From Octopus vulgaris (Eukaryota): 64,000 nt of DNA. Position numbers and translations under genes: made by a program. Shown piece by piece: positions 12,960-26,384 of this stretch. The stretch covers positions 55,056,001 to 55,120,000 of the forward strand of contig OX597818.1 in assembly GCA_951406725.2 (NCBI GenBank), read 5' to 3'. The first letter of the stretch is position 1. Every line of letters begins with the position of its first letter. The notes below the pieces were generated by a model that made no database searches, was not told the DNA's origin, and saw only the letters and a list, made by a program, of their open reading frames with translations.

Positions 12960-13635
12960 ACCAGTGGTGTTCATGCGTTGACAATAAACATACTTCACTG
13001 CATAAAAGATCGTGGGTAAGGCCAGAACAATGCCAAGTAAATGCAAGGTAAATCACAAGAAAACAAAAATATTAATGTAGACTTACCTTGTATTCAATAT
13101 TTCGGGGTTATGACCCCATTTTCAAGAAATTCACGAATGTTGTCGATTTGCGTGTGTGTGAGCGTGTGTGAAGTGGACATGCGTGGAAAGGTGTTGCTAT
13201 AGCAACCAGCTAGCTTCCTGTCATTCGCTTCTATAACTGATCTTAGGTTTTTTTAGGTGTATGAGGATGGCCTCAGAGATTCTAAGGCTGCCCCCAGTTC
13301 CGCTGTGTTGCCTTGATGAGCACTGTGAATTCCCGGGTCTGCCATTTCCGTTGATGTGTCTTCATGGAAGTGTCTGCCTGCATGTGTCCCTTAATGCGTA
13401 TATACAGATTTCTTGTTGTGCTTCCGTTGTAGGATGCGCCACATTTGCCACAGATGATCTCATATACGACATAGGTCCTCTGGCACAATTCAGGGTCATT
13501 TATGGAGCAGTTCGATAATATGCACTCCTCGGAGTAGTGAAGGGTGTTGTTCTTGGACAGAGCTTTTCTCAGGGAAGGGCTAGTGTGCACTATCTGTATG
13601 TCGAGTTTACTGTGTAAATTATATTTATCTACATT
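12960..13635 (-). mobile_element. Penelope-like element 3' fragment: GIY-YIG endonuclease (frameshifted) plus terminal region
   Basis: VVYEIICGKCGASYNGSTTRNLYIRIKGH (13470-13384) matches the PLE GIY-YIG motif VVYxIxCxxCxxxYxGxTxRxLxxRxxEH; after a frameshift it continues LRISEAILIHLKKPKISYRSE* (to ~13222). Left boundary approximate. Confidence 0.85.
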
Positions 13636-13636
13636 C

Positions 13637-14099
13637 CGCTGGCTCAGACAAATACATCTCATACCGGACGGGAGGACTCCCCCACCCCAAAAACACCCTG
13701 TATGGGGAATTGGCCACCGGCAGAAGAACACGAGGAGGACCTCATCTTCGTTTCAAGGACGTCTGCGAGAGAGATAAAAAAAAAAGTCGCTTGATCTGGA
13801 CGTCCTGTGATGGGAGGAGGTCGCAAATGATCACCCACGCTTGAGATATAGAAATACTACGAAACGGGATGAAGCGAGAGGAAGAAAAACAGGAACTCGC
13901 CAGCAAAGAAAAGCGCACTCGACGGAAGAAAAAACCAGTAGCGCTGGCAAGAGGGCGTCTTCACATGCAGTCGTTGTAAGCGTGACTGCTATTCCCATCT
14001 GAGCTTCTACTGCCACAGCACATGCTGCACCACCATCAGTAGCTGGCAGGGTTTCTTTGGGCACAGATCTATGGCCTCTCAAGACTGACGGATGCCAAC
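13637..14099 (+). mobile_element. RTE-clade LINE 3' fragment (degenerate ORF C-terminus and 3'UTR)
   Basis: Frame-joined translation RWLRQIHLIPDGR..PKNTLYGELATGRRTRGGPHLRFKDVCERD...WEEVAND...FTCSRCKRDCYSHLSFYCH; ends GACTGACGGATGCCAAC, typical of RTE tails. Confidence 0.8.
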
Positions 14100-14111
14100 T
14101 TTATCTACGCT

Positions 14112-14603
<492 letters not shown>

Positions 14604-14618
14604 TATATAAATAAATAA

Positions 14619-14651
<33 letters not shown>

Positions 14652-14744
14652 CGACGGGCTTCTTTTAGTTTCTGTCGACAAATCCACTCACAGGGTTTCT
14701 GTCGGCCCGAGGCTATAGTAGAAGACACTTACCCCAGGTGCCAT

Positions 14745-15330
14745 ACTTTCTACTATAGGCACAAGGCCTGAAATTTGGTGGGAGGGCACTAGTCGATTAG
14801 ATCGACCCCAGTACGCAACTGGTACTTAATTTGTCGACCCTGCGGAATTTTAACTCAGAACATAAAGACCAACAAAATACCGCTGAGCATTTCGCCCGGC
14901 ATGCTAACGTTTATTTCTTTATTGCCCACAAGGGGCTAAACATAGAGGAGACAAATAAGGGAAGACAAAGGGATTAAGTTGATTATATTGACCCCAGTGC
15001 GTAACTGATACTTAATTTATCGACCCCGAAATGATGAAATGCAAAGTCGCCCTCGGTGGAATTTAAACTCAGAACGTAACGGCAGACGAAATACCTTTTT
15101 CTTTACTACCCACAAGGGGCTAAACACAGAGAGGACAAACAAGGACAGACAAACGGATTAAGTCGATTATATTGACCCCAGTGCGTAACTGGTACTTATT
15201 TAATCGACCCCGAAAGGATGAAAGGCAAAGTCGACCTCGGCGGAATTTGAACTCAGAACGTTAAGACCAACGAAATACGGCTACGCATTTCGCCCGGCGT
15301 GCTAACGGTTCTGCCAGCTCGCCGTCTTAA
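14745..15330 (-). mobile_element. SINE family B, multimeric copy
   Basis: Reverse complement of AAGGCGGCGAGCTGGCAGAA head and GAGTTCAAATTCCGCCGAGGTCGACTTTGCCTTTCATCCTTTCGGGGTCG core, about three modules. Confidence 0.88.
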
Positions 15331-15584
15331 AAGCTAAATAATATTATGTGCCTTGAAGCACATCATTTGTCTCAAAGATTGAATTGCACATTGGAAAATA
15401 TAGTTTCAAGGAGACTGTGACTAATGAGAAAGAAAAGAGTATGGTTAGTGCCTGAATGTCTTTCAAAAGTCTGCTCAAAGAGTGCTGTTTAGAACAAAAA
15501 AAAAAAAAGAACAGCTACAACGCAGATGTCTGCCTATATCAGTCTGTCTGTCTGTCTGCTTATCTATCTATCTATCTATCTATA

Positions 15585-15762
15585 TTTTTTTTTTGTTCTT
15601 TTCTTCCCTTTTACGATCCCTCTTGATCGAAAACCTACGCCATCCCTTTCTTTTTTTTCTTTGTTTCTTTTGTTTTTTGGTTTTTTCATCCCCCAAAAGA
15701 AAAGCTCTACCTTGTAACTTGTCCCATCTGTGTGCAGCCCTGTGTGGCCAATAAAGAAACTT
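15585..15762 (+). mobile_element. LINE-type 3' end, family G, embedded in (TATC)n
   Basis: Ends TGTGTGGCCAATAAAGAAAC then TATC repeats; matches 20530-20915. Confidence 0.65.
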
Positions 15763-15814
15763 ATCTATCTATAATGATTAATAGATAGATATTATTTATT
15801 AATAATAGATAGAT

Positions 15815-16020
15815 ATGTTTCTTTATTAGTCACACAGGGCTGCACACAGACGGGACAGATTACTAAGTAGAGCTTTTCTTTTTGGGGAGAGAAAAAAAAA
15901 CAGCGGGGTAAGTTTTCGATCAAAAGGGATCGTAAAAGGGAGAAAAAAACGATCAATAGGGATCGTGTATCACAGAAATGTCATGATGTAAAGTGTAAAG
16001 GGGAAAGCAGATAAGGATTA
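15815..16020 (-). mobile_element. Family G 3' end, inverted copy, embedded in (GATA)n
   Basis: Reverse-complement similarity to 15585-15762 and 20530-20915. Confidence 0.65.
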
Positions 16021-16098
<78 letters not shown>

Positions 16099-16188
16099 GC
16101 AGACGACTATATAATTTTTATCTTCTCTCTCTCTATTTCTTTCTCTTTTTCTCTCTATGTATATGTTCGCGAATGTGTGTGTGTGTAT

Positions 16189-16230
<42 letters not shown>

Positions 16231-16478
16231 GCGCACATAATTCATAAACTCTCTTAATTAATTTGTTCCCTTGTCTGTCATCTTCTATCATCTCTCAGCC
16301 TAAACAAACAATCATAACCGAAACAATCTCTACCTTCTACCCCCCCTCACATCCTCCCCCTCTTCTTCCCCCACACCTCCTCCCACTCTCCTCCTCCTCC
16401 TCCTCCACCTCATTTCTTGTCCCATTTGGTCTTCTTTCTGTTATAATGAATATTTACTTACATACGTATATACGTATG

Positions 16479-16512
<34 letters not shown>

Positions 16513-16763
16513 GTGGCCCCTTTCAACAACCCCTATCCATTTTGTTTTTAATGGGGGTTATGCTTTAATATTAAATTCCTTCCCTCTAAATTTCTTCCAT
16601 GCTCTCTCGTTCCTGTCATCTGGTCGTTCGTGGCGAATGAAGGAATAACTTATTTTTTTCGGAATTTAAGTAATAGCATATGTACACGTCGATGCACATA
16701 CCTACATCCACCCTACGCCCACCCCACCCACCCCCACACACTGTCTCTATGTCTTTCTCTCTG

Positions 16764-16798
<35 letters not shown>

Positions 16799-16832
16799 GT
16801 TCATGCGCTCGTCACACATATACTTATATATT

Positions 16833-17249
16833 TGTTTCTTTACTACCCACAAGGGGCTAAACACAGAGGAGACAAACAAGAACAGACAAAGGGATTAAGT
16901 CGATTGCATCGACCCCAGTGCGTAACTGGTACCTAATTTATCGACCCCGAAAGGATGAAAGGCAAAGTCGACCTCGGCGGAATTTGAACTCAGAACGTAG
17001 CGGTAGACGTGATACCTATTTCTTTACTGCCCACAAGGGGCTAAACACAGAGAGGACAAACAAGGACAGACAAAAGGATTAAGTCAATTACATCGACCCC
17101 AGTGCGTAACTGGTGCTTAATTTATCGACCCCGAAAGGATGAAAGGCAAAGTCGACCTCAGCGGAATTTAAACTCAGAACGTAACGGCAGACGAAATACT
17201 GCTAAGCATTTCAACCAACGTGCTAACGTTTCTGCCAGCTCGCCGCCCT
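16833..17249 (-). mobile_element. SINE family B, two internal modules
   Basis: Head at ~17249; two ~184-bp modules. Confidence 0.88.
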
Positions 17250-17439
17250 CATATACACTTATATATCGTCAGGGACCTCGTCGTGTACTTATGTGCGAGT
17301 TCCTTCATCGCTTAGTCGAAATTTTAGAAAATGGACCACTATACTTACTGGTATTTATTCTATCGGTCACTTTTGCCGAATCCCTTTACCAACCAATATC
17401 GGTTGGCAAGTGGGAGGAGGCAACACACACAAACGTCAT

Positions 17440-17650
17440 TCAAAATGTGACCGCATGGGTATCGTTGGCGATTTTTTTTCTTCCGTCTTCCCTTCCGTGG
17501 ATCTTTCTTTTTCCTATGTTTCTGACGTAGAGCTCTGCTCGAAACGTTCAATCCTCCTTCTTTCTTTCCTTTCCTGAGCGTCCAATAACACTATACTTGT
17601 TCCACGTCCTCACGTTGTGTTTTCTCTTTGTGTTTTCATGTTTGGATTAA
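17440..17650 (+). mobile_element. Penelope-type terminus with degenerate hammerhead-like motif, followed by (CATA)n
   Basis: CTGACGT-A-GAGC-TCT-GCTC-GAAA-CGTT at 17522-17548; downstream GAGCGTC..TAACAC shared with 63255-63435. Confidence 0.55.
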
Positions 17651-17738
17651 CATACATACATACATACATACATACATACATACATACATACATACATACA
17701 TACATACATACATGTAAACTTGCACATATGAATCTATG

Positions 17739-17819
<81 letters not shown>

Positions 17820-18037
17820 ATGTGTATCGACGTTGGATTTGTCCGGGATGATGCATGAAATCAGAACTGTTTGAAATCTTACCTGTTTAAAATTTTAACT
17901 GCATTTGGTAGATTATGTGTTACGATGATACATCGATGAAATTCTAACGAAACAGCTGTTGTAAATTGTAAACGCCATTTGTATTCCCTTTATATATAGT
18001 GATAGACAGATAGATAGACAGACAAACAGTTGGATGT

Positions 18038-18390
18038 AAAGGCGCATGGCTCAGTGGTTAAAGCATCGAGCTTACGATCGTGAGGTTGTGATTTCGATTC
18101 CCAGACCGGGCTGCGCGTAGTGTTCTTGAGCAAGACACTTCATTTCACGGTACTCCAGTTCACTCAGCTGTAGAAATGAAGTGCGACGTCACTGGTACTA
18201 AGCTGTATCGGCCCCTTTGCCTTTCCCTAGGATAACATCGGTGGCGGGAATAGGAGTGGCTGCTGGTCTTCCATAAAAACAACCCTAGGTTGTTCGTTCG
18301 CCGGTGAGGCGACTTTCCGCCAAGACTTATACCCCGGAGGGGAACCTCTTAGATGCACCCATGATCATTCGTGACCGACGGAGTCGAGAG
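18038..18390 (+). mobile_element. SINE family D (tRNA head plus CORE-like domain)
   Basis: A box TGGCTCAGTGG, B-box-like TTCGATTCC, then GTGTTCTTGAGCAAGACACTT; related to 33797-34020. Confidence 0.8.
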
Positions 18391-18424
18391 TTTAGACAGA
18401 CAGACAACAATATTGATAGATAAC

Positions 18425-18518
<94 letters not shown>

Positions 18519-18719
18519 TCACGACTGTCACTATTACTACACAAACCCGACGATTGCGTAATGCATGAAAGTACTAGTTTTATCACAATAAATATATAAT
18601 ATTTTACTATTATATAAAATTGTAAAAATTGTAAATAATAAAATGGGAAAATCAGACCATGCTGGAGTTTCATTGAATAATATATTCTATACACAATCAT
18701 ACAAACTCGAATACACACA

Positions 18720-18753
<34 letters not shown>

Positions 18754-18949
18754 ACGGGTTTCCATCTACCAAATTCTCTCATACGACACTGGTCGATCCA
18801 GGAGTTTAGTAGAAGAATCTCGGTCAAGAAAACCACAATGTGGGACTGAACCTGAAACCATTCGATTGCAAACTGATCTTTCTTAACAATAAAGCCACCT
18901 ACGGTTTTAGTTATAAATGTTTAAAAGTCATTTAAATATAGGTATTCTT

Positions 18950-19290
18950 GTTGGACTTGAATGTTTTCATACGACCTTATCTTTCGTTACAAAACGGAAG
19001 CGACTTTGCAGCCGATAATGAAATCGACTTAGCAGCCGACACATATCGCAATGGCTGTATGCACTCAATAGCATTTAAAATTCAGGTATAAAATTATTAA
19101 CGCGTAGTGACTACAAAGATTAATCAAACTAACTTAATTACAATTTTATGGTGTTTTATATAAACATAATACATCATACATAAATAATTAAAGATTCAAA
19201 CATTATTAAGTGGCTTCCATTCCTATCTGCTGCCTCGCTTTCGTTTTGTAGCAAAGGTGAAATTCGTACGAAATCATCCATATTTGGTAA
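18950..19290. repeat. Degenerate inverted repeat (old MITE-like)
   Basis: GAATGTTTTCATACGA..TTACAAAACGGAAGCGA (~18958-19002) vs reverse complement GGATGATTTCGTACGA..CTACAAAACGAAAGCGA (~19279-19235). Confidence 0.45.
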
Positions 19291-19526
19291 AATTAACAGA
19301 AATATTTTAGGGTTATTCCTCTGCTTTTCTTTCTCTTTTGCTTTTTTTTCTTTTCCCGTCATATTTTATTACTTTCTCTTGAACACATGTACATACACAT
19401 ATACAAGCACGGTGACTATATAATGTGTATATAAATGTATACACACAGATATGTATATATACTATACACGCACAAATAGATATACATATGTGTGTATATC
19501 TGTGTACATATATGTATATGTAAACG

Positions 19527-19700
19527 GAGAATTCACACAAAAAAAGACGAAGACAGGTGGTGAAGACAACAAATAGATGTATTAGTATAACGCTCGGGAA
19601 GTGAAAAAGTATTTAACGTTTCGAGCCTACGCTCTTCCACAGAAAGGAACGCAGAAAGAAACAAGGAGAGAAAATAAAGAATGTGTAGTGGCTAGCGATG
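19527..19700 (-). mobile_element. Short Penelope-type terminus element with hammerhead-like motif
   Basis: Minus strand CTTT-CTGTGGA-A-GAGC-GTAG-GCTC-GAAA-CGTT-AAA; nearly identical to 62966-63160. Confidence 0.6.
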
Positions 19701-19740
19701 TGTGTGTGTATGTGTGTATGTATGTATGTATTTATGTATG

Positions 19741-19890
<150 letters not shown>

Positions 19891-20101
19891 TGTATTATGT
19901 ATGTATATATATATGTGTGTGTGCGTGTATGTATAAAAATATGTATGTTAATTTCACGAGCAGGTTGTTCCGTTGATCGGATCAGCTGGAACACTCGTCG
20001 TCGTAACCGACGGAGTGCCGTAGTATGTATGTATGTATGTATGTATGTATGTATGTATGTATGTATGTATGTATGTATGTATGTATGAATGTATGTATGT
20101 A

Positions 20102-20344
20102 CGTCTCTTCTGTTTTTTTAATCATTATAAATCTCCCACTGAGGAGAGACCCGGTTTCCAACAAAGATACAAGGCTCCATCTTTGGGATGTAGTTAACAC
20201 AGACAAATTCACATTTGGAACTTCAGAAAAGTCTTGCATATCTTTACTGTTCCATTCACAGATTGCACTTGTAATGTACGAATCAGCCGGTCGATTTCTC
20301 TTTCCGAAAATCCCAGTTTATCCAGATTCTCCTTTAAGCATTTA
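20102..20344 (-). mobile_element. 5'-truncated R4/Dong-type LINE (ORF C-terminus and 3'UTR) inserted in (TACA)n
   Basis: KCLKENLDKLGFSEREIDRLIRTLQVQSVNGTVKICKTFLKFQM* matches the end of the 33365-33649 ORF; TATG repeats on both sides. Confidence 0.85.
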
Positions 20345-20529
20345 TATGTATGTATGTATGTATGCATGCATATGTATGTATATGTGTGTATATATGCATG
20401 TATGTACATATATATGAGCGTGTATGTATTATATATGTATGCATACATATGTATGTATGTATCTATCTATCTAATCTTATGAACCCAGAAATTGAAAACA
20501 GAGGGTTACCCACTTGCAAACAAATGTGG

Positions 20530-20915
20530 TAACATATAACAATATTGATCAAGGTGACCGTGGTCTTTTTCGTAGGCTTTTCTTCCCACGGATAAACCTT
20601 ACTTGCTTTCCCCTTTACACCATACATCATGACACTGTGATACACGATCCCTATTGATCGTTTTTTTTCCTCTTCCCCTTTTTCCTCTTTTTTCTTCTTT
20701 TTTAATTTTTCTTTTCTTTTGTTCCTTTTCCCTTTTTTTCCTTTTTTCTTTTCCTTTTTTTTCTTTTTTTTCTTTTTTTGTTCTTTTTTCCCTTTTACGA
20801 TCCCTTTTGATCGAAAACCTACGCCACCTTTCTTTTTTTTTCTCCCCCAAAAGAAAAGCTCTACCTTGTAACTTGTCTCATCTGTGTGCAGCTCTGTGTG
20901 GCCAATAAAGAAACT
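20530..20915 (+). mobile_element. Family G LINE-type 3' end, longest copy, between TATC repeats
   Basis: Same terminus AATAAAGAAAC-TTATCTATCT; ATCT repeats upstream at 20461. Confidence 0.65.
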
Positions 20916-21245
20916 TATCTATCTTTCTATCTGTCTATCTATCTACTAATGTATCTATTTACGTACGTATTAACGTATGTATGTCCATTAACACATATTT
21001 CGTTCTGTGTAATCCATATTTGAATAAAGTTTACATAAACTATTATTGTCGTTGCCACCAATACGATATTACGTTTCCTTGTAAGAAACTACGAACATGT
21101 CTACGTTCGTTTGTTATAAAACTTAATGAATGATTTCTTTGTTTGTTCTCTTACAGCTTTCCTCTCGTAGCATGCGGCATGTCGAATATTCGAGCTAATA
21201 AGGGAACGACCTGCTAGAAATAGCAGCAAAAATATGAGATATCGT

Positions 21246-21632
21246 GGTGGAAGCACTCCGTCGGTTACGACGACGAGGGTTCCGGTTGATCCGAATCAAC
21301 GGAACAGCCTGCTCGTGAAATTAACGTGTAAGTGGCTGAGCACTCCACAGACACGTGCACCCTTAACGTAGTTCTCGGGGATATTCAGCGTGACACAGAC
21401 AGTGACAAGGCCGGCCCTTTGAAATACAGGTACAACAGAAACAGGAAGTAAGAGTGAGAGAAAGTTGTAGTGAAAGAGTACAGCAGGGAACACCACCATC
21501 CCCTGTCGGAGCCTCGTGGAGCTTTAGGTGTTTTCGCTCAATAAACACTCACAACGCCCGGTCTGGGAATCGAAACCGCGATCCTACGACCGCGAGTCCG
21601 CTGCCCTAACCACTGGGCCATTGCGCCTCCAC
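21246..21632 (-). mobile_element. SINE family C, full length, 12-bp TSD ATGAGATATCGT
   Basis: Head GTGGAGGCGCAATGGCCCAGTGGTTAGG..GGTTTCGATTCC (A/B boxes); TSD at 21234-21245 and 21633-21644. Confidence 0.92.
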
Positions 21633-21664
21633 ATGAGATATCGTATCCTACTATCTTAACATAT

Positions 21665-22018
21665 TGTTTGTTCCTTCTTCAAGCCATGCCTGACTCATAA
21701 GGGCCGGTTTCCCGGTGTCTGTGTATGTATGTATGTATATATGTATGTGTTGTTTGTTCCTTCTCATAAGGGCCGGTTTCCCGATTTCCTTGGCGTATAG
21801 GTTCCCCACCTGGACGGGACGCTGCAAGATGCAGGAGGAAAGAGTGAGAGAAAGTTGTGGCGAAAGAATCAGCAGAAGTTCGCCATTACCTTCTGCCAGA
21901 GCCGGGTGGAGCTTAGGTGTTCGCTCATAAACACACACATCGCCCGGTCTGACATTCGAACTCGCGATCCCTCGACCGCGAGTCTGCTGCTCTAACCACT
22001 AGGCCATGTGCCTCCACG
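21665..22018 (-). mobile_element. SINE with family-C-like head and family-D-like tail, 11-bp TSD TCTTAACATAT
   Basis: TSD at 21654-21664 and 22019-22029; A/B boxes; duplicated tail segment. Confidence 0.85.
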
Positions 22019-22649
22019 TCTTAACATATACGTACCCATAAAAAATTAAGTCTTAAAATTTCACTGTATTAAACATTATGGTAAGCTTTCACAATCTGAA
22101 AGAGAAGGACAGTATGCAACTGTCCTCTACGGGTGTCGACTACCAAGTGAACATTTCGTATGCTCAGTCAGATGTTTCCCGGCGAGTTCATGTCCAAACA
22201 AGGAGGAGCAGGTTTTGCGTTACGAAAACGTAACCAGGGATATGTATGGGTTTAACAGAATGATAGGAGAGACAGTGTGAGCAGGACTTGAACAATTTTG
22301 ATTGTAGGTCTGCTCAGGCATTGCTGACCTTGGGTTAAACAACAACAAAATAACATTGAAGAGGTACAGTTTATGTTCGAATTAACAGTTGATTGGCTGA
22401 ATCATTAGGGCATCGCATATTGCGGTGTTTAATTGTGGATCATTGCGCACGGAGTTCAAATCCTGCTGGGGTCAACTTTGCTTTCCGTCTTTCCGTGGAC
22501 AATAAGATGAAGTACCAGTAAAATACTAGAGTCGATTTTGAACACCACATTCAATCTTCTTTTTTTTTCTTTTTCTTTTGATGACCCACAAAATTGACTT
22601 CAGAGGTTTGGACCCAGAATGTGGAAAATAGGAACAAATAACGCGAGGG

Positions 22650-22650
22650 T

Positions 22651-22705
<55 letters not shown>

Positions 22706-23030
22706 CCATCATCATCATCATTATCATCCTCATCATTATTATCACCACCATCATCATCCCCATTATCTTTATCCTCCCCATCCTCATCATCACCACTGTC
22801 ATCATCATCAGCATCGTCATCATTGTCATTACCACCATCGTCATCATCGCCAACATCATCATCATCATGATTATCATCGTCATCGTCATCATTATCATAA
22901 TCGTTATCATCATCGTCGTCGTCGATATCGTAATCATCATCATCATCATCATCATCACCACCACCACCACCACCACCAGCGTCACCACCACCACCAGCTG
23001 CACTACCACCAGAACCACCACCACTATCGC
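22650..23030. repeat. Imperfect (CAT)n/(CAC)n microsatellite
   Basis: Direct reading. Confidence 0.95.
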
Positions 23031-23636
23031 CACAATTACCCACAACTATATATAAACACACACAGACATGCAGCACGACGTTGTGTCAGTGAACAGGTCG
23101 CGGTTTCAAAGCGACGAAAATATTTGACAAATTCAATTTAAATCTTGAAATAAATCTAACGGGTTTTTTTTCTAGGTGTTCTTAAATTGCTTCTGAACAC
23201 CTTCCACGCTACAATAGTATATATTTATAGGTGTGTGCGTCTGTCTGTCTGTCTGCCCACCATCGTTTGACAACCAATGTTGGTGTGTTTACGTCCCCGT
23301 ATCTTAGCGGTTCGGCAAAGAGGACCGATAAAATATGTACTGGGTTTAAAAAGAATAAGTCTTGGGGTCGATTCGTCCGACTAAAGACAGTGTTCCAGCA
23401 TGGCCACAGTCAAATGACTGAACCAACTGACAGAGTAAAAAGATAAAAGTATATATATATTTATATCATACTATAAAAAGAGACAAATCCCTTCACAAAA
23501 TTTAAATCTGAAGAATCTATTAGAGTAGAAGAAAACGCTTATATGTGATTTGTAAAAACATATTACATGTTAATAAGTATTTTTATATGCACAACCATCC
23601 AGATCTCTGAGTACCTTCTTTTTTCTAATATATATA

Positions 23637-23799
23637 GGCGTAGGAGTGGCTGTGTGGTAAGTAGCTTGCTTACCAACCACATGGTTCCGGGTTCAGTCTC
23701 ACTGCGTAGCACCTTGGGCAGATGTCTTCAACTATAGCCTCGGGCCGACCAAAGCCTTGTGAGTGGATTTGTTAGACGGGAGCTGAAAGAAGCCCGTCG

Positions 23800-23830
<31 letters not shown>

Positions 23831-24050
23831 GTATGTATGTGTATTTGAATATGTTTGTGTGTCTGTGTTTGTCCCCCCAACATCGCTTGACAACCGAAGC
23901 TGGTGTGTTTACGTCCCCGTAAGCTAGCGGTTCGGCAAAAGAAAACCGATAGAATAAGTACTAGGCTTACAAAGAATAAGTCCTGGAGTCGACTAAAGCT
24001 GCTCCAGCATGGCCACAGTCATGACTGAAGCAAGTAAGAGAGTAAAAGAG
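23637..24050 (+). mobile_element. SINE family A, full length; further copies or fragments at ~14650-14742(-), 23230-23447, 25390-25540(-), 26397-26553(-), 29680-29810(-), 32695-32840(-), 35130-35520, 40680-40870(-), 51400-51465(-)
   Basis: GGCGTAGGAGTGGCTGTGTGGTAAG..GGTTCAGTC head; AAAGAGT-repeat tail. Confidence 0.9.
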
Positions 24051-24239
24051 TATATATATGAATGTATGTATGTAGCTATCTATGTATATATGAGACTATA
24101 TATTCATATACATATGTATTTATATATGTGTGCGTGTGTGCGCGCCTGTGTGTGTATATACATATGTGTATGTGTGTATGTATGTGTGCATGTATGTATG
24201 TTTGTATATATATATATATGTGTAGGAATATGCATCTAT

Positions 24240-24278
<39 letters not shown>

Positions 24279-24340
24279 GTATGTACGTATTTATATTTAT
24301 ATGTATGTATGTGTGTGCGCGCATGCTTGTGTGTGTGTAT

Positions 24341-24405
<65 letters not shown>

Positions 24406-24687
24406 CAGAGAGAGAGACACACACACACAGACAGAGAGACAGACAGAGACAGAAAGACACACACAGATATACACACATATGGGTATATACACGCGTTCAG
24501 ACATTGAAAATATGTATATAGAAGCGTGTTGTGTGTTTCAAAAAAAGCATAAAGTTACATTTTAATTCCAACGAGGATTTCAGAAACTCATTCGTTGATT
24601 CGGGTCACCGAAAACATACAACTGCATTCTGGTACCTACCACAGGCGAAGACGTGTGTATATGTATGTGCCAGTGACTATATAGACA

Positions 24688-24732
<45 letters not shown>

Positions 24733-24874
24733 ATACACCTGTGTGTGTGTGAGTGCATATTTGTGCGTGCGTGCGTGTGTGCCAGTGAATAAACAGACAT
24801 AAATTCATATATATATATATATATGCGTATGTATCTACCAGTGAATATACACCCATACATTCATATATATATAC

Positions 24875-24906
<32 letters not shown>

Positions 24907-24936
24907 ATATGTGTGTGTGTGCCAGTGAATATACTG

Positions 24937-24987
<51 letters not shown>

Positions 24988-25594
24988 TATACAAATATAT
25001 ACACGTATGTATCTGTAGGTGACTATACATACATACATATATACATGCATACATACATATATGCATATATATACATATACTTACAATACTTACAACATTT
25101 AATAAAATGATGTAGTACGAAACGATCGTACCAAATTACCGGAGTCATTCTTGTTGCTTATTTTGAGTATATATATATATATAATATATACACATAAATA
25201 TATAAGTGTCTATATATGTATATACATACATGCCTATATGTATATATGTATATGTATGTATATGTATAAATGCATCTACGTATATATTTACATGCACACA
25301 CATATGTATATGTCTGTGTGTGTATGTACATGAAATGTATGTGTGTATATGTGCGCGCGCGTGTCTGAGTATGCGTATGTATGTATGTATTCTTTTATTC
25401 TTTTACTTGTTTCAGCCATTTGACTGCGGCCATGCTGGAGCACCGTCTTTAGTCGAACAAATCGACCCCCAGGACTTATTCGTTGTATGCCTAGTTATTA
25501 TACTATGTCAAGCGATGGTGGGAGGACAAACACAGACACACGTGTGCACACACATACATACATACATACATACATACATACATACATACATACG

Positions 25595-25980
25595 CGCAAC
25601 ATCTATATTCTTCCCTGTGCTTGCCAAATCCTATGTCCCTGTTGTAAGGCTTTACTTCTACATGCGCCAGCTTAACTTAATTCGTCCTTAGTCGAAAGAC
25701 ATCTGTTGTTATGTCCTGTTATTTGTATTTGTGTAACTTTCTCCGTTTTTTCCGTCCTTCTTTTCGTATACATTCGCTGCTTTCTTCCAAGGAATCTAGT
25801 GCTCTTAGCTTAGTTTTTCCTTGGGGCTGGTCAGATTGGAGCAATATCGACTATAACTAGCCGAAATTGCAAAGATAATCTGGAACTCGACTGAGGAAAG
25901 AAAACTCCGAATGACCCGTCCTTGTTTTCTTTGTATCCTCTGGATGTTTTGCGTTCTTGTCCCATTTTTGTATCTTTTAT
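25595..25980 (+). mobile_element. Unclassified ~385-bp insertion flanked on both sides by (CATA)n, possibly a Penelope-type terminus
   Basis: Unique-complexity block with CATA arrays on both flanks; pyrimidine-rich end like the other PLE termini. Confidence 0.4.
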
Positions 25981-26019
25981 ACATACATACATACATACAT
26001 ACATACATACATACATACA

Positions 26020-26057
<38 letters not shown>

Positions 26058-26316
26058 GTATGATGAATCTATGGAATGAAGTTCCATACAGCCCATCAAT
26101 TGATGGGATATTTGGAACTTCTTTCTAGCGTGATGAATTCCACGAGTGGATTCCTTATGTTTCATATATGGTTTGTGTCTATGTTTTCGTTTCTCATTGT
26201 GTTCGACGTCCCTTTTGGTGTCCTGTACTCATATATGCGTGTATATGTACATGTAGATGTAGGTACGTACATATATGTAATGTATATATGCATATGTACA
26301 TGTAGATGTCAGGTAC

Positions 26317-26384
<68 letters not shown>

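Noticed and set aside
21560-21632. tRNA genes (also at 18038, 23637, 29859, 33797)
   Set aside because: tRNA-like A/B boxes run directly into SINE bodies, one with a TSD; I could not build a complete cloverleaf
22551-23076. Asp-rich or Met-rich ORFs resembling acidic biomineral proteins
   Set aside because: Imperfect trinucleotide microsatellite open in several frames, with no unique coding flank or signal peptide
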